64,000 nt of DNA, from assembly GCF_964194155.1 (NCBI RefSeq), contig NC_135882.1, positions 71,796,001 through 71,860,000 of the forward strand, written 5' to 3'. This document shows, one piece after another, positions 11,821-25,100 of this stretch. Within the stretch, counting starts at the first letter, position 1. Every line of letters starts with the position of its first letter. Origin of the DNA: Cetorhinus maximus (taxonomy: Eukaryota). The notes beneath the pieces are model-generated. The model was not told where the DNA came from, did not search any database, and saw nothing but the letters and a program-made list of their open reading frames with translations. Both the position numbers and the translations under genes were made by a program.

Positions 11821-13470
11821 AACAGTGGTAAGGGAATTAACCCAATTCTTTAACAGGCTTTGGCCGCCTACCAAGATCCTGTCTGATCAGGGCTCAAATT
11901 TCATACCCAAAATATTCCAGCAAGTCATGGGTAATCTAGGCATGACTCAGTTGAAGTCTTCAGTGTATCACCCACAGTCACAGGGGGCGCTGGAACGGTA
12001 CCACCAGACCCTAAAAACCATGATCAGGGCATACTGCCATGAGTACCATGACTGGGATAAAGGACTGGGTTTTCTTCTGTTCACCACCAGGTACTCACCC
12101 AATGACTCCACCTGTTCTACCGCTTGAATTAATTTACAGGCACCAAGTGTGGAGGTCCCCTGAAACTAATCAAGGAGAGGTTTTTTAGAACAGAAGGAGG
12201 AACTCTCCATGTTAGACTACATAACGGTATTCCAGGAGCGACTCATAAGAGCCTGTGATATAGCCCGAGAACACTTAAAAATCTCTCAGACAGCTATGAA
12301 GAAACAGGCAGACGTGCCAGGGCCAAACCTTTCAGCGTGTTAGTGCTCCTACCAATACCAGGTGAAACTTTAAAAGCTCTCTTCAGGGTAGCAAAGAGGT
12401 TCGGGGAAGTAAACTATCTAACTGAGACCCCAGATTGGGGGATAAAGCAAATGCTGCATCACGTCAACATGATAAAGCAATATCACGGCCGAGAAGGGGT
12501 CAAGCAGTTAACAGTCTGTCCCATTGCCACTGACCTAGAGGATAAGGGTAGCAGTGGGGATGAATTGGAGGGCGACATGGACGAGGCCTACATTGAGCCC
12601 CCTACTACCCGGCTAACCAACACAGAGATACTAGCAAACCTATACTCCTTATTCACCCACCTAACTGTAGAACAGTGAGCAGACTTGACAAGCCAGGCTG
12701 CATCACACTAGCTCTACATGATGTGGATGTGGGGGAGGCCCCTCCCATAAGGCAACATCCCTATCGTCTAGGCCCAGAAAAGCTGGCCCAGGTTCGGGAA
12801 GAGATTAACTACTTGCTGGAGCACCAACTAATAGAGCTTACTCGCAGTTGCTGGTGCTCCCAGGTTGTGCTTGTGCCCACAAGGTTCTGCATTGACTACC
12901 AAAAAATTAATACAGTGACTAGAGCCGACTCCTACATGATAACCCGCCTGGAAGCCTACCTAGATATGGTAGATAAAGCAGCCTACATTACAAAGATAGA
13001 TTTACTCAAGGGATACTGGCAGATTCCCTTAACTGCCCACGCGAAGAAAATCTCTGCGTTCCTAACTCCGGATAGCTTATACCAGTGTCAAGTCATGGCA
13101 TTTGGACACCAAAATGCCCCAGCCACCCTTCAAAGAATGATGAACCAGGTAATGGTGGGCTTATCCAATTGCGTAGTGTACCTAGCCGATCTCCTAGGGT
13201 ACAGCAACACCTGGGAAACTCACTTAGAGCAACTGGAAGCCCTTTTCCAGAAAATACAATCACCTGACATAGTGGTCAATCTCGCAAAGTGTGAGTTCAC
13301 TAAGACTCAAGTGACCTATCTAGGACAGTAGTGGGTCCAAGAATAAGCCCAGAGCCACGACGATGCAAGCAATAGCACAGTTCCCCATTCCCACAACAGA
13401 ATGGGAAATCATGAAGTTCTTGGGGATGTGTGGGTTCTACTGCAAGTTCGCCCCAAATTTCAGCACAGTA
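11821..13470 (+). mobile_element. Gmr1-like Gypsy integrase core, then reverse transcriptase (pseudogenised; RNase H deleted)
   Basis: SDQGSNF, YHPQSQGALERYHQTLKTM; then HDVDVGEAPPIRQHPYR, RFCIDYQKIN, KIDLLKGYWQIPL, VVYLAD. Confidence 0.92.
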
Positions 13471-13584
13471 GCCTGAACTTAAAGTGACTCGGTTAGAACT
13501 GAAGAGATAATATTAACCAAGGCTAGGAGAATGAATGTGTGTGTGTGTTTGTTGAATCTCATTTCATTCAGGGTGCAGGGGAAG

Positions 13585-14296
13585 TGTCAAGAAAAGCCGA
13601 TTACAGCCATAAATTATTCACAGGCATATTGAACTTCTTAAGGAAGACTTGTGTGTTTTTAAAGAAATCCCAGCAAGGACACTGAGCAAAAGATGGCTGA
13701 TAATGTAAAGTAGCCACCTTCTGGAAAATTCCTATGTGGATTATACTGACAGACCTGTCCTGAGAACACATGGAATGTCGTATTAGAAAAGGCGTCATGG
13801 CCTTTTTCAAGCAGAGATACTTAAAAGGGAAACGGGAAAGAGACAAAAGACTGAATATCACGTCTCAGCAGTCGTCTAAAATCCATCCCCTGTTGATTTA
13901 TATTTCAGAATATGTAAAATCATCGGAGATGAAAGAAAACAGACTTGGTCTATTTTTTTTCCCCTTACAGGAATACACAGGGGAAAATGGGTTAAAAAGC
14001 TAGCTGCAGAGCACTGCTGGCGTGCTGTGAGAGTGACAGCACAAGAAGACCAACTAGTCATCCCTACAGTTTCAGGCAAAGTCTCTCTCTCTCTCTCTCT
14101 GTTGCTGGAGGGAAGGCTCAGCAAAAGCCACAATCTAAAAGGAAATAGGACAGTCTCTTCAGCTGCCTGCAAACCAACTGCAAAACTGCCAAAATTAGTG
14201 AACTTGGCTAAGAGGGAATTTGTTGCAACCAACCCACGAGGTTGGATAAAGACAGGGAGCCAGCTCATTCCTCCTCACCCATTTGGGAAGTTAACA
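13585..14296 (+). mobile_element. LTR type A, second copy
   Basis: Preceded by purine-rich AGGGGAAG; TGTCA...GTTAACA termini; homologous to 2828-3176. Confidence 0.75.
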
Positions 14297-14299
14297 AAT

Positions 14300-14317
14300 T
14301 GGGGGACCTCACCCGGG
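14300..14317 (+). other. tRNA-Pro-like primer binding site, degenerate
   Basis: TGGGGGACCTCACCCGGG 3 nt after the LTR end; canonical PBS-Pro is TGGGGGCTCGTCCGGGAT. Confidence 0.55.
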
Positions 14318-14499
14318 GGCCAGTCATAATACTAGGAAACTTGTCTGAAGACATGGCAGGATTGCAACGACGAGCAAAATGTTGTCAAAACCTGTGAGGG
14401 TTGGAAAAAGAAGTTCCACCAAAATTGTTGAATAAGGTCATGGTGAAGTGTTCCCTACAAATCCAGCATGTGCATTGACCCGTTAAAAAGGGCACCAAG

Positions 14500-14860
14500 C
14501 CATCGGTGGCATACTGCCACCAGCCTGCCTGCCCCTGTCCCCACCAGAATTTTACAAGCGGTGCAAGAGGTATCGGGAGGGCTGCCCACTTAAGGGCATC
14601 ATCCTGCCACTGCTCAGATTTAACAGGCAGCAGGAGAAGCCCACACCCAAAGTGCAACCTGGCAGATTTGACCCTGAGGGCTGCTGAAAGGGAGGGGGTC
14701 CCTCTTTCTGGATCCCTGGTGCCAATTGGAGGCCCCACCCCACAGTTATCCCTCCCCATGACCACCCTCGCACCCCACTCTTGCCAACATGCCCCCCCAA
14801 CCCCCTCAACACCTCACCGGGGCCAGGATTTACCTGGAGGTTCTGGTCCATCATGAACAA
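14500..14860. mobile_element. MITE-like element fragment, same group as 53187-53928
   Basis: CCACTTAAGGGC, GAATTTTAC, CCC-rich tract and ACTT/TTTACCTGG motifs shared with the 53-kb copy. Confidence 0.4.
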
Positions 14861-14892
14861 CTCCTCAATGTACTCAATGTAATATTGGCAGT

Positions 14893-16065
14893 AAGAACAT
14901 ATGATATAGGAGCAGGAGAAGATCGCATGGCCAGTCGAGCCTGCTCCACAATTTCGTATGATCCTGGCTGATCTTGGACTTCAACTTCACTTTCCTGTCC
15001 ACTCCCCATATCCCTTGTTTCCCTGAGAGACAAAAAATATCTCTTTCTCAGCCTTAAATATGTTCAATGATGGCGCATCCACAACCCTCTGGTATATACA
15101 ATTCCAAAGATTCATAAACCTTTGAGTGAAGAAATTTCTCTTCCTCTCAGTCCTAAATGATCGGCCCCTTATCAGCCAGGGAAAACAACATCTCAGTATC
15201 TACCCTGTCAAGTTTCTTCATAACCCTAAATGCTTCAGCAAGATCACCTCTCATTTTCTAAGCTCCAGGGAGTTTAGACCTAGCCCAGAAATATCCCCCC
15301 ATCGTGGGAGTTGTGCAGGGGTAGATGGGGGTGGGCGCGAACCCAATTGGCACCCCCGATCGGGTCCGTGCCGTCATTTTACGTGGGCGGGCCGGAAGCG
15401 CTGAGCATACACATACTCCAGATGTGGTCTCATATAATGGTAAAATGGTGGCAAAACTTCAAGACTTTTATATTCCAGTCCCCTTTCAATAAACAACAAC
15501 ATTCCATTTGCCTTTCTAATCACTTGCTGTATCTGCACGCTAATTTGTTGTGATTCATGTACCAGGACACCCAGATCCCCCTGTTCCACAGAGCTTTGCA
15601 ATCTTTCTCTATTTAAATAATATACTGCTTTTCTATTCCTGCCAAAGTGGATGAGTTCACATTTTCTCACATTGTACTCCGCCTGCCAATTTTTTGCCCA
15701 CTCACTTAATCTACCTGAATCCCTTTGTAGACTCTTTATGTCCTCCTCACAATTTACTTTCTTACCTATCTTTGTGTCATCAGCAATTTAGCAAATTTAT
15801 ATTCGATCCCTTCAAATAAGTCATTTATATAGATTATAAATAGTTGAGGGCCCAGCCCTGATCCCTGTGGCACTCCAATAGTTACAGTTTATCAGCCCAA
15901 AAATTACCCATTTTTCTCTACTCTCTGCTTCCTGTTAGCTAATCAATCCTCTATCCATAATAATATGTTAGCCCCTGCACCATGAACTCTTATTTTGTGT
16001 ATTATCCTTTGATGTGGCACCTTGTCAAAAGCCTTTTGGAAATGGAAGTACACCACATCTACAGG
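14893..16065 (-). mobile_element. Degenerate CR1 LINE (3' UTR and RT) with a MITE-like piece at ~15285-15402
   Basis: Tail AAGAACATATGATATAGGAGC; ORF 15374-15670 KCELIHFGRN..GLEYKS; [10 protein letters not shown] on the minus strand near 15850. Confidence 0.85.
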
Positions 16066-16199
16066 CTGTAGATGCAGGTATGAATGGCTACACAAAAACC
16101 ATCCAAATGTAGCATGAAGAGAAAAGGAAGAAACAAGACGAGACCAACCCAGTAAAACAAAAAAAAGAGGGGAAAAAAATCACCTAGGACGAGATAGAG

Positions 16200-16890
16200 G
16201 CAGCAATTATGATCTAAAGTTGTTGAACTCAATGTTGAGTCCAGAAGACTGTAGAGTGCTGAGTTTAAAAATAAGGTACTGTCTCTTGAGCTTGCATTAA
16301 GCCTCACTGGAACACTGTTGCAGGCCATGGACTGAAAAGTCAGCATAGGAACAAGGTAAAAGATTAAAGTGACAAGCAACTGAAAGCTCAGGGCTGTGCT
16401 TGTAGACTGAACAAAGGTATCCTGCAAAGCAGTCACCCAGTCTGCGCTTGATCTCCCCAGTATTGAGGAGACCACGTCATGAGCAGCGAATGCAGTATAC
16501 TAAATTAAAAGAAGTATAATTAAATTGCTGTTTCACTTGGAAGGAAAGTTTGGTGGCTTGGACAACGAGAAGGGAGGAGGTGAAAGGACAGGTGTTGGAT
16601 CTCCTGTCCTTGCATGGAAAGGTCCCAAAGGGAAGGGAGAGGTTGTTAGGGGTGACTGAGGAGTGGGCTAGGGTGTTGTGGAGGGAACAGTCCCTATGAA
16701 ATGCTGAAAGGGGAGGGCAGAGGAAGGTGTGTTTGGTGGTTGCATCACATTGGAGCTGATGGAAATGGCAGAGGATGATCCGTTGAATATGGAGGCTGAT
16801 GGGGTGGAAAATTAGGACAAGGGGAACCCTATCATGATCCTGGGAAGGAGGGAAGAGGTGAGAACAAAAGAGTGTGAAATGGATCAGACA
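16200..16890 (-). mobile_element. Penelope-like retroelement C-terminal region (linker and GIY-YIG endonuclease), degenerate
   Basis: DRVPLVLIFHP..IQRII..HF..LQ.D, GTFPC..R...TCP, NLVYCIRCS*..LL..GE.KRRLGD.F; GLNIEFNN-like end near 16220. Confidence 0.82.
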
Positions 16891-17260
16891 CATTTTTACA
16901 AGTTTCACACCTTTAAAAAAATATTTTGTTTTTCCATTCTTACGACCAAAGAGAATAACCTCACACTTGCCCACATTATACTCCATATTCCTGGCTGCCC
17001 ATTCACTTAACCTGTCTTTATCACTTTGCAGCTTCTTTGTGTCCTCCTCACAGCTTATATTCCCACCTAGCTTTGTATGATCAGCAAATGTAGATAGATT
17101 ATTCTATGGCTCTTTGTTTAAGTCATTAAAACAGCTTGTAAATAGCTGAGACTGCAACACTGATCCTTGCAGCACTCAACTGGTTTCAGCCAGCCAACTT
17201 GAAAATGCCCCACTTATTCCTGCTTTTTGCTTCCTGTCCATTGACAAATCCTCTATCAAC
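16890..17260 (-). mobile_element. CR1 RT fragment
   Basis: MEYNVGKCEVILFGRKN; FADHTKLGG. Confidence 0.8.
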
Positions 17261-17679
17261 TCCCAGTGGCACTGCTGGAACTGTGGAGCTGCTGGCCTCT
17301 ACTTGACTGGTTCACCTCTTAGGCAAGGCTCCCTCATGGACAGGGGTGGAAGTCTCACCATATAATAATTAAAGGCCATTGGTCGAAAATTTAAAGCAGG
17401 ACAAGCCAACCAAGTGGAGGCAGGCTCGGCCTGATATTTACAAAGCATTGTCACTTGCCATTAATCTCAAAGAGAGTTGTTCATAATGATCTGGTGATCT
17501 CTGTAGCATGGATTTCCATTTTCCTGATGTTAATTTAAATCTGCTGCTAAGTCAAGAGGGTTTTTAGGTATCCAGCAACAGTGATGTCAGCATGCAGGGT
17601 AAAAGCAGCTTACCACAATGAAAAATTCTCACAGACAGCCAACCTATAAGTTAAAAACACTGCTTATTCTTCACTAATT

Positions 17680-18670
17680 TCTCCTCTCACCATCCGTCCG
17701 TAAACACAAAAGTGTTTTGAATTGTTTCCCTCTTTGTAAGCGGTGGCGTATTTCCAAACCCCTCCAATTTTCTATTAATAACCCCACAGGATGATAGGAT
17801 GATCTCAAAGGGTTAGTTTATTGCACACACTGAAACCGCGAAAGGAGGGTCACAATGTCGCCTGCACACTCAGACAGTAAATGGAGGGATAGAGAGAAGA
17901 AGGTTTTATAGTAGAGATCACAGAGAAACTAAATATTGGTTCATGTGAGTTCAGAGTCCAGAATCAAAGTACAATGAGGAATTCCTTCACGGGGTTGGGT
18001 GGACCAAAAAACCAATGCTGGTTTTCTCACTTTTCTGGTGGTGTTGACTTTGCACAATGAGATAAGCATGCAGAGATTAATCAGTCTTGTGGTGATGGTA
18101 CCAAATTTCCAGCAGAAGCAATGTAGATTGGGGATAGGTATTCTGTCTGGGCAGAGCTCCTTGCCTATGAGGCTGTTAGATGATAAACAGCAGAATAAGC
18201 TGCTCAGTTCAGTAAGGCAATCTTACTTGTTCCACAAGCCAGAGGCACATGTCACATGACTCCCACCACTCTGCCATCTTTGACAAAGGATGTGTATCCA
18301 ATGTCTGGATTCCAAAGATTGTTGAATGTCTCGGCCATTAGGAATTGAAAGGAAGGTTGTGGGGCCTTTGTCTTAGCAGACGATCCATCTCCTCTGGCCA
18401 ACCTGGGTTATTAAATGCAGATGGTCTTTGTATAGCTCTCTTTGAAGTTGGGCTGTACAGTCCACCAGGGGTTGTTAGTGGCCCCTCAGAAATTGAGGTG
18501 TGAGTATTCCCGAAACTGCCAGGTAACTTCTTAAGTTTGGGGGTCACAGACAGACATAGATTCAGCCATTTAAAAGTCTTTGTTCAGTTTTAAAATTTTA
18601 GAAATAGCAATTAGCATATCCATATATACATATTATAACAATACACAGTGTGAGGTCTTAGTTCCTCACA
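17680..18670 (-). mobile_element. Truncated solo-LTR-like repeat related to 26613-28724
   Basis: Colinear blocks (GTGGCGTATTTCC..AATAACCCCACA..GGGTTAGTTTATT; GTGAGT(T/C)C.GAGTCCA.AATCAA; CAAAGGATGT) with 27075-28724; ends CCTCACA. Confidence 0.65.
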
Positions 18671-19079
18671 AGATAAAAATGTGGAACTTTTTTTATTATA
18701 ATGAAGAAATTTGAAATCCCACAAATATAAAATTAGTTTTTCAGGGCCAGAGAGATTGTTCAACCATAATTATGAATTTATTATGCTACTACAAATACAA
18801 TTACCCCTCATGCAACAAACATATAACTTTTTAAGGTTTTTACAGTGGGGCTAGTAGTGTAAAACTGTATGTTTTCATCAGTTCAGTGATTTCTAATTTA
18901 TTGCAAACTACAGGGACTTCAACAGTGCACCCTATGGAGAAGTAAAAAATTGCTGACAGAAACTTCTGGATTTCTGCATTTAACTGCACATATACAAATT
19001 CCAGAATTTGCTGTCTCTTTGAGGAATAAGAAGCCAAGCTAGCTGCCGTATGGTAGGTTTAAAGGTCCAGTTTGAATGG

Positions 19080-19210
19080 GTTAGTTGATGAATGAGTCAA
19101 TGGATAGGGTAGTAGGATGGGTAGGTAGGTGATGTAAGTGGGTGAGGTGGATGAGATAAGTTGGTAGGTGGGTGAGGTGGGTAAGTGGGTTGGTGGGTAA
19201 GAGGGTAGTT
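19080..19210. repeat. G/T-rich low-complexity array (GGGTGAGGTGGGTAAGT-like)
   Basis: Repeated GGGT(A/G)AG(G/T) units. Confidence 0.7.
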
Positions 19211-19322
19211 TTTCCATCATTACTACCGCAACATCTGGGTCATATTACCTCAGACATTTGTCAAGTAAATTTGGAATGCTGTTTTATTAGGAGTTAGGGT
19301 ATATTATTAAGTCACACAACTT

Positions 19323-21174
19323 AGAACCATAGAACCATAGAAAAGTTACAGCACAGAAGGAGGCCATTCAGCCCATCTTGTCCATGCCAGCCTGAGGACA
19401 CCCAGGTGCCCTTTCTAATCCCACCTTCCTGCACCTGGTCCATAGCGCTGCAGCTTACAGCACTTTAGGTGCAGATCCAGGTACTTTTTAAAAGAGTTTA
19501 AAAAGTTTCTGCCTCTACCACCAACTTGGGCAGCGAAGTCCAGACACTCACTACCCTCTGCGTAAAAAAGTTCTTCCTCATGTCCCCCCTACACCTTCTG
19601 CCGCTTATCTTGAATCTATGTCCCCTGGTTCTAGAATTTTCCACCAAGCGAAACAAATTTATCCTGTCCACTCTATCTATTCCCCTCATAATTCTGTACA
19701 CCTCAATCAAGTCACCTCTCAGCCTTCTTTGTTCTAAGGAAAATAACCCCAACCTATCCAATCTCTCCTTGTAGCTACACTTTTCTAACCCTGGCAACAT
19801 TCTTGTAAACCTCCTCTGCACTCTCTCCAGAACTATTACGTCCTTCATGTAATGTGGTGACCAGAATTGCACACAATACTCCAGTTGCGGCCTCACCAGT
19901 GTTTTATACAATTCCAACATTATATCCTTACTTTTATATTCTATACCTCTGCCAATGAAGGAGAGGATTCCATATGCCTTCTTTACAACCTTGTCTACTT
20001 GAACTGCTGCCTTCAGGGACCTGTATACTTGTACGCCAAGATCTCTCACTTCATCTACCCCTCTTAGTATATTCCCATTTATTGTGTAATCCCTGTAACT
20101 GTTTGACCTCCCTAAATGTATGACCTCACACTTCTCTATGTTAAAATCCATCTGCCACTTTATCGCCCACTCCACCAACCCATCTATATCGTTTTGGAGA
20201 TTATGGCTATCCTCTACACTATCCACTACTCGGCCAATCTTTGTGTCATCTGCAAATTTCCCAATCGTGCCCCCCACGTTCACGTCCAAATTGTTAACAT
20301 ATAACACAAACAGTAAGGGCCCCAACACCGAGTCCTGTGGAACACCACTTGAGACAACTTTCCATTCGCAAGGGCATCCATCGACCATTACCCTTTGTTT
20401 CCTGTTACAAAGCCAACCTTTTATCCAGTTTGCCTCATTACCCTGAATCCCATGGGCTTTTACATTCCTGACCAATCTGCCATGTGGGACCTTGTCAAAT
20501 GCCTTGCCAAAATCCATGTACACAACAACCACTGCACTACCTTCATCAACCCTTCTTGTCACTTCCTCAAAGAATCCAATCAAATTTGTGAGGCAAGACC
20601 TTCCTTTAACAAGTCCATGCTGACTATCCCTGACTAGTCCGTGCCTTTCCACATGACAGTTAATCCTATCTCTCAGGATTGATTCTACTAATTTGCTCAT
20701 CACCGATGTAAGACTAACTGACCTATAATTATTTGGCATTTCCTTTGATCGCTTTTTAAACAATGGAACTGCATTTCCATTTCTCCAGTCCTTCGGTACC
20801 TCCCCTGTATCTAGTGAAGATTGGAAAATCATCCTCAGAGCATCTGCTATCTCCTCCCTGACTTCCTTCAGCAGCCTCAGAAACAATCCATCTGGCCCTG
20901 GTGACATATCAACTTCCAAGGGTTTCAACCCTTCGAGTACTTCCTCTCTCTTTATGACTATCCCATCCAATATCTCGCAGTGTTCCTCCTGGACTACTAT
21001 ATCTACATCCTCCCTTTCCTTTGTAAACACGGAGACAAAATATTCATTCAAAATCCCTCCCACAGCCTCTGCCTCTACACACAAGTTTCCATCTTCATCT
21101 CTGATAGGTCCCACTTTTTCCTTAACTAACCTTTTAGCATTAATGTATTGGTAAAAGCATTAATGTATTGGTAA
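19323..21174 (-). mobile_element. Young 5'-truncated CR1 LINE with an uninterrupted 538-aa RT region
   Basis: ORF 19498-21114 with SPGPDG, QHGLVKGRSC, GVPQDSVLGP, KFADDTK; tail TAGAACCATAGAACCATAG. Confidence 0.95.
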
Positions 21175-22151
21175 TATATTGGAGATAGTTCTATTTTACA
21201 TCTGCCTATAATTGACTATTTTTTAACTGTAAGAAATTCTGGGAGTTGACTTTTTGTTAGCGACGAATCTTTTACGACCTATAACATAAATTATAGAATT
21301 AGGAGATAACTATACTGCCAAATTGGATCTTTTTCAAAAGAGCCAAGTTCTGCTGAGTAGCCACCCTTTCCACCAATAGTTTCCCTGGGACATTACTCGG
21401 GATGAAATCTCCACCCCCATCCCCATGACAAACAAGGTCATCCTTGTCAAAGGGGACAGGGCCAGGCTAGGAGTTATCTCATCTCTGGCCAGCCAACCAG
21501 TGGAACTTCAGCCCACCTCATGCTCTGGGCAAGGGTTGTACTTTCCCAATGACTTCAAAAATTCTTCACTTTCTTTCTGTCCCCATATAAAGGAATCAAT
21601 GAGCAAAATTCCTGGAATGTTTCCATGAGGGAAGCCCAACCCTTTGTTGGAGTAGCCACCATCCACTAGGATTCCCTGCCTCCTTCAGCTGGCAACTGCC
21701 TGAGATGTAGGATCATATGAAAATGACAGGCAAGAAAAAATCCACCTAGCCTGTAAGTGTGATGCACGATTCATTATAATACAGACACTCCCAAACCACC
21801 TGCAGACATATAGACCTGGATATTCCGAGGAGCAACAATCATCGTTGGATTGCCACTCCACTCAAAAATTCTCCAGACTCAACTCTGCTCCACATTTCTT
21901 CCAGGGTCTTATGAGCCCGGCTTTTATAGAAATGCAATAAACAGCATTCCTCCGCAAGCTCCTTCAAAGCAGAGTAGTCGGAGATAAGACAGGACAGTCC
22001 CATTTTTCACAGCACTAGCTGGTGTATGACAATTTACAGATCCAATTTGAATGTTAATGAATGGGCGAGTGGATGAATGAGTGAGTGAATGCGTAGGGTC
22101 GGTGAGGTAAGTGGGTAGGGTAGGTAGCTGGGTGCAGTGGGTTGGTGGGCA

Positions 22152-25100
22152 AACATAGGAACATATGAGGAGTAGGCCATTCAGTCCTTTGAGCCTCCAC
22201 TATTCAACTCTATCATGGTTGGTTGTCAACCTAAACACCATTTTCTCGTGTTATCCCCACATCCCTTGATGTTATTAGTATCTGGAAATCTACTGATCTC
22301 TGTCTTGAATATGTTCAATTCGTGAGCTTCCGCAACCCTCTGGGGTGGAGAATTCCAAATATTCACTGTCCTCTGAGTGAAGAAATTCCTCCTCATCTTA
22401 GTCCCCAGGAAGGGAGGTTCTAAACCCTGCAGCTAGGGGAAACATCCTTTCTGCATCTACACTGTCTAACCCCTTAACAGTTTCAATGAGGTCATCTCTC
22501 ATTCTTCCAAACTCTAGATAATGCAGGCCCAGTCTCCTCAATCTCTCCTTATAGGACAGTCCCCACCATCCCAGGAATTAGTCTGGTGAACCTACACTGC
22601 ACTTCTTCTATCACAAGTTTATGCTTCCTCAGGTAAGGTAACCAAAACTCCAATACTCCAGATGCAGTCTAACCAAGATTCTATACAATTGAAGCAAGAT
22701 ACCTTTACTCCTGTGCTCAAATCCTCTTACAATAAAGGCCAACGTACCAGTTGCCTTTCAGTGACTTATGAACCTGGACACCCAGGTCCCTTTGGACACT
22801 TCCTAATCTCTCATCATTTAAGAGATACTCTGCACCTCCGTTTCTCCTACCAAAATGGATAACCTCACACTTACCTATATTAGATTGAAGCTGCCATGTT
22901 CTTGCCCACTTATTAAGCTTGTCCAAATCCCCTTGAAGCCTCTTCACATCATCCTCACAACATACATTCCCACCTTGTTTTGTGTCATCTGCAAGCTTAG
23001 AATTACTACATTTGGCCCCCACATCCAAGTCATTGTTATAGGTTGCGAACAGCTGATCCTTAGGGTAGCCTGCTAGTCACAGCCTGCCAACCTGAGAATG
23101 ACCTGTTTGTTCCTACTCTCTGTTTTCTGTCCATTAACCAATCCACAATCCATGCCAGTATATTACCCCCTATCCCATGTGCTCTAATCTTGTTTACTAA
23201 CCTCCTGTGTGGGACCTTATCGAAAGACTTTTAAAATTCCATTGCACCATATCCACTGGTTCCCCCTTATCTATTCTGCTTGTAACATCCTCAAAACACT
23301 CCAACAGATTTGGCAAACATGATTTCCCTTTCATAAATCCATGGTGACTATGCAGAATCAGATTATTATTTTCTAAGTGTCCGATTATCACTTCCTTTAT
23401 AACAAATTCAAGCATTTTCCTACTACTGATGTCAGGGTAACAGGTCTGTAGTTCCCCATTTTCTCTCCCCCCCCCCCCACCCCTTTCGTAAATAGTGGGG
23501 CAACATTTGCTACCTTACAATCTGCAGGCACCATTCCAGAATCTGTAGAATATTGAAAGATGACCATCAATGTATCCATTTTCTCTATGTCCACCTCTTT
23601 CAGCACTCTGGAATGCAGATCATGTGGCCCCAGAGATTTGTCAACTTTCAGTCCCATTAATTTCTCCAGTACTACTTTTTTACGAATATTAATTTCTTGC
23701 AGTTTTTCAATCCCACTGGTCCCTTGGTTCTCTATTATTTCTAGTAGATGTTTTGTGTCTTCATCCACTTCATAGACTTTAAATAATTATTTAGCTTCCC
23801 TGCCATTTTCTTACTCTCCATTATAAATTCTCCTGTCTCAGCCTGTCATGGACCCACATTTGTCTTTGCTAATCTTTCCCTTTTTACATACTTATAGAAG
23901 CTTTTACAGTCAGATTTTATGTTTCTCGCTAGTTTGCTCTCATTTTATTTTCTTTTTCTTTATCAGTTTCTTGGTCCTCCTTTGCTGAATTCTAAAATGC
24001 CCTCAGTCCTCAGGTTTACTACCTTACTGGCAACTTTATAAGTTTCTACCTTTGATCAAAGACAATCTTTAACTTCCTTTGTTAGCTACAGTTTACTTAG
24101 TTTTCATGTTGGGTTTTTGTGCCTTAAAGGAATGTATATTTGTTGTAAGCCATGTTTTAATGCTTTACATACCAGCCATTGCCTAACTACAGTCATACCT
24201 ATTAATGTATTTTCCCAATCCACAACAGCCAACTTATCCCTCATATCCTCATAGTTTCCTTTCTTTAGATTTCAGACCCTATTTTCAGATTGAACTATAT
24301 CTTTTTTAAACTTAATGGAAAATGCTACCATATTATGGTCACTCTTCCCTAAAGGTTCTCCTAAAACAAGATTATTTCCACAAGGTATTTGATAAAGTGC
24401 CACATCAAAGGTTATTGCGGAAAATAAAAGCTCATGGTATAGGGGGTAACATGTTGGCATGGATAAAAGATTGGCTGGCTAATAGGAAGCAGAGAGTAGG
24501 CATAAATGGGTGTTTTTCAGGTTGGCAAGATGTAAAGAGTGGTGTGCCACAGGGATCAGTGCTGGGGCCTCAACTGTTTATAATTTATATAAATGACTTG
24601 GATGAAGGGATTGAAGGGATGGTTACAACAGTTGTTGATGACATAAAGATAGACAGGAAAGTAACTTGTGAAGAGGACATAAGGAGGCTACAAACAGATA
24701 TAGATAAGTTAAGTGAGTGGGCAAAGATCTGGTAGATGGAGTATAATGTGGGAAAATGTGAAAATGTCCATTTTGGCAGGAAGAATAAAGGAGAAGCATA
24801 TTATTTAAATGGTGAGAAATTGCAGAGCTCTGAAATGCAGAGGGATTTGTATGTCCTGGTGCATGAATCACAAAAGGCTAGTTTGCAAGTACAGCAAGTA
24901 ACTAGAGAAGCTAATAGAATGTTGTAATTTATTGTGAGGGAATTGAATACAAAAGTAGAGAGGTTATGCTTCAGTTGTACAGGGCACTAGTGAGACCACG
25001 TTTGGAGTACTGTGTACAGTATTGGTCACCTTATTTAAGGAAGGATGTAAATGCATTGGGAGCAGTTCAGAGAAGGTTTCCCAGACTAATACCTGGAATG

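Noticed and set aside
19498-21114. Host gene or autonomous active element
   Set aside because: 5'-truncated CR1 lacking ORF1 and endonuclease, with a premature end near 19498.
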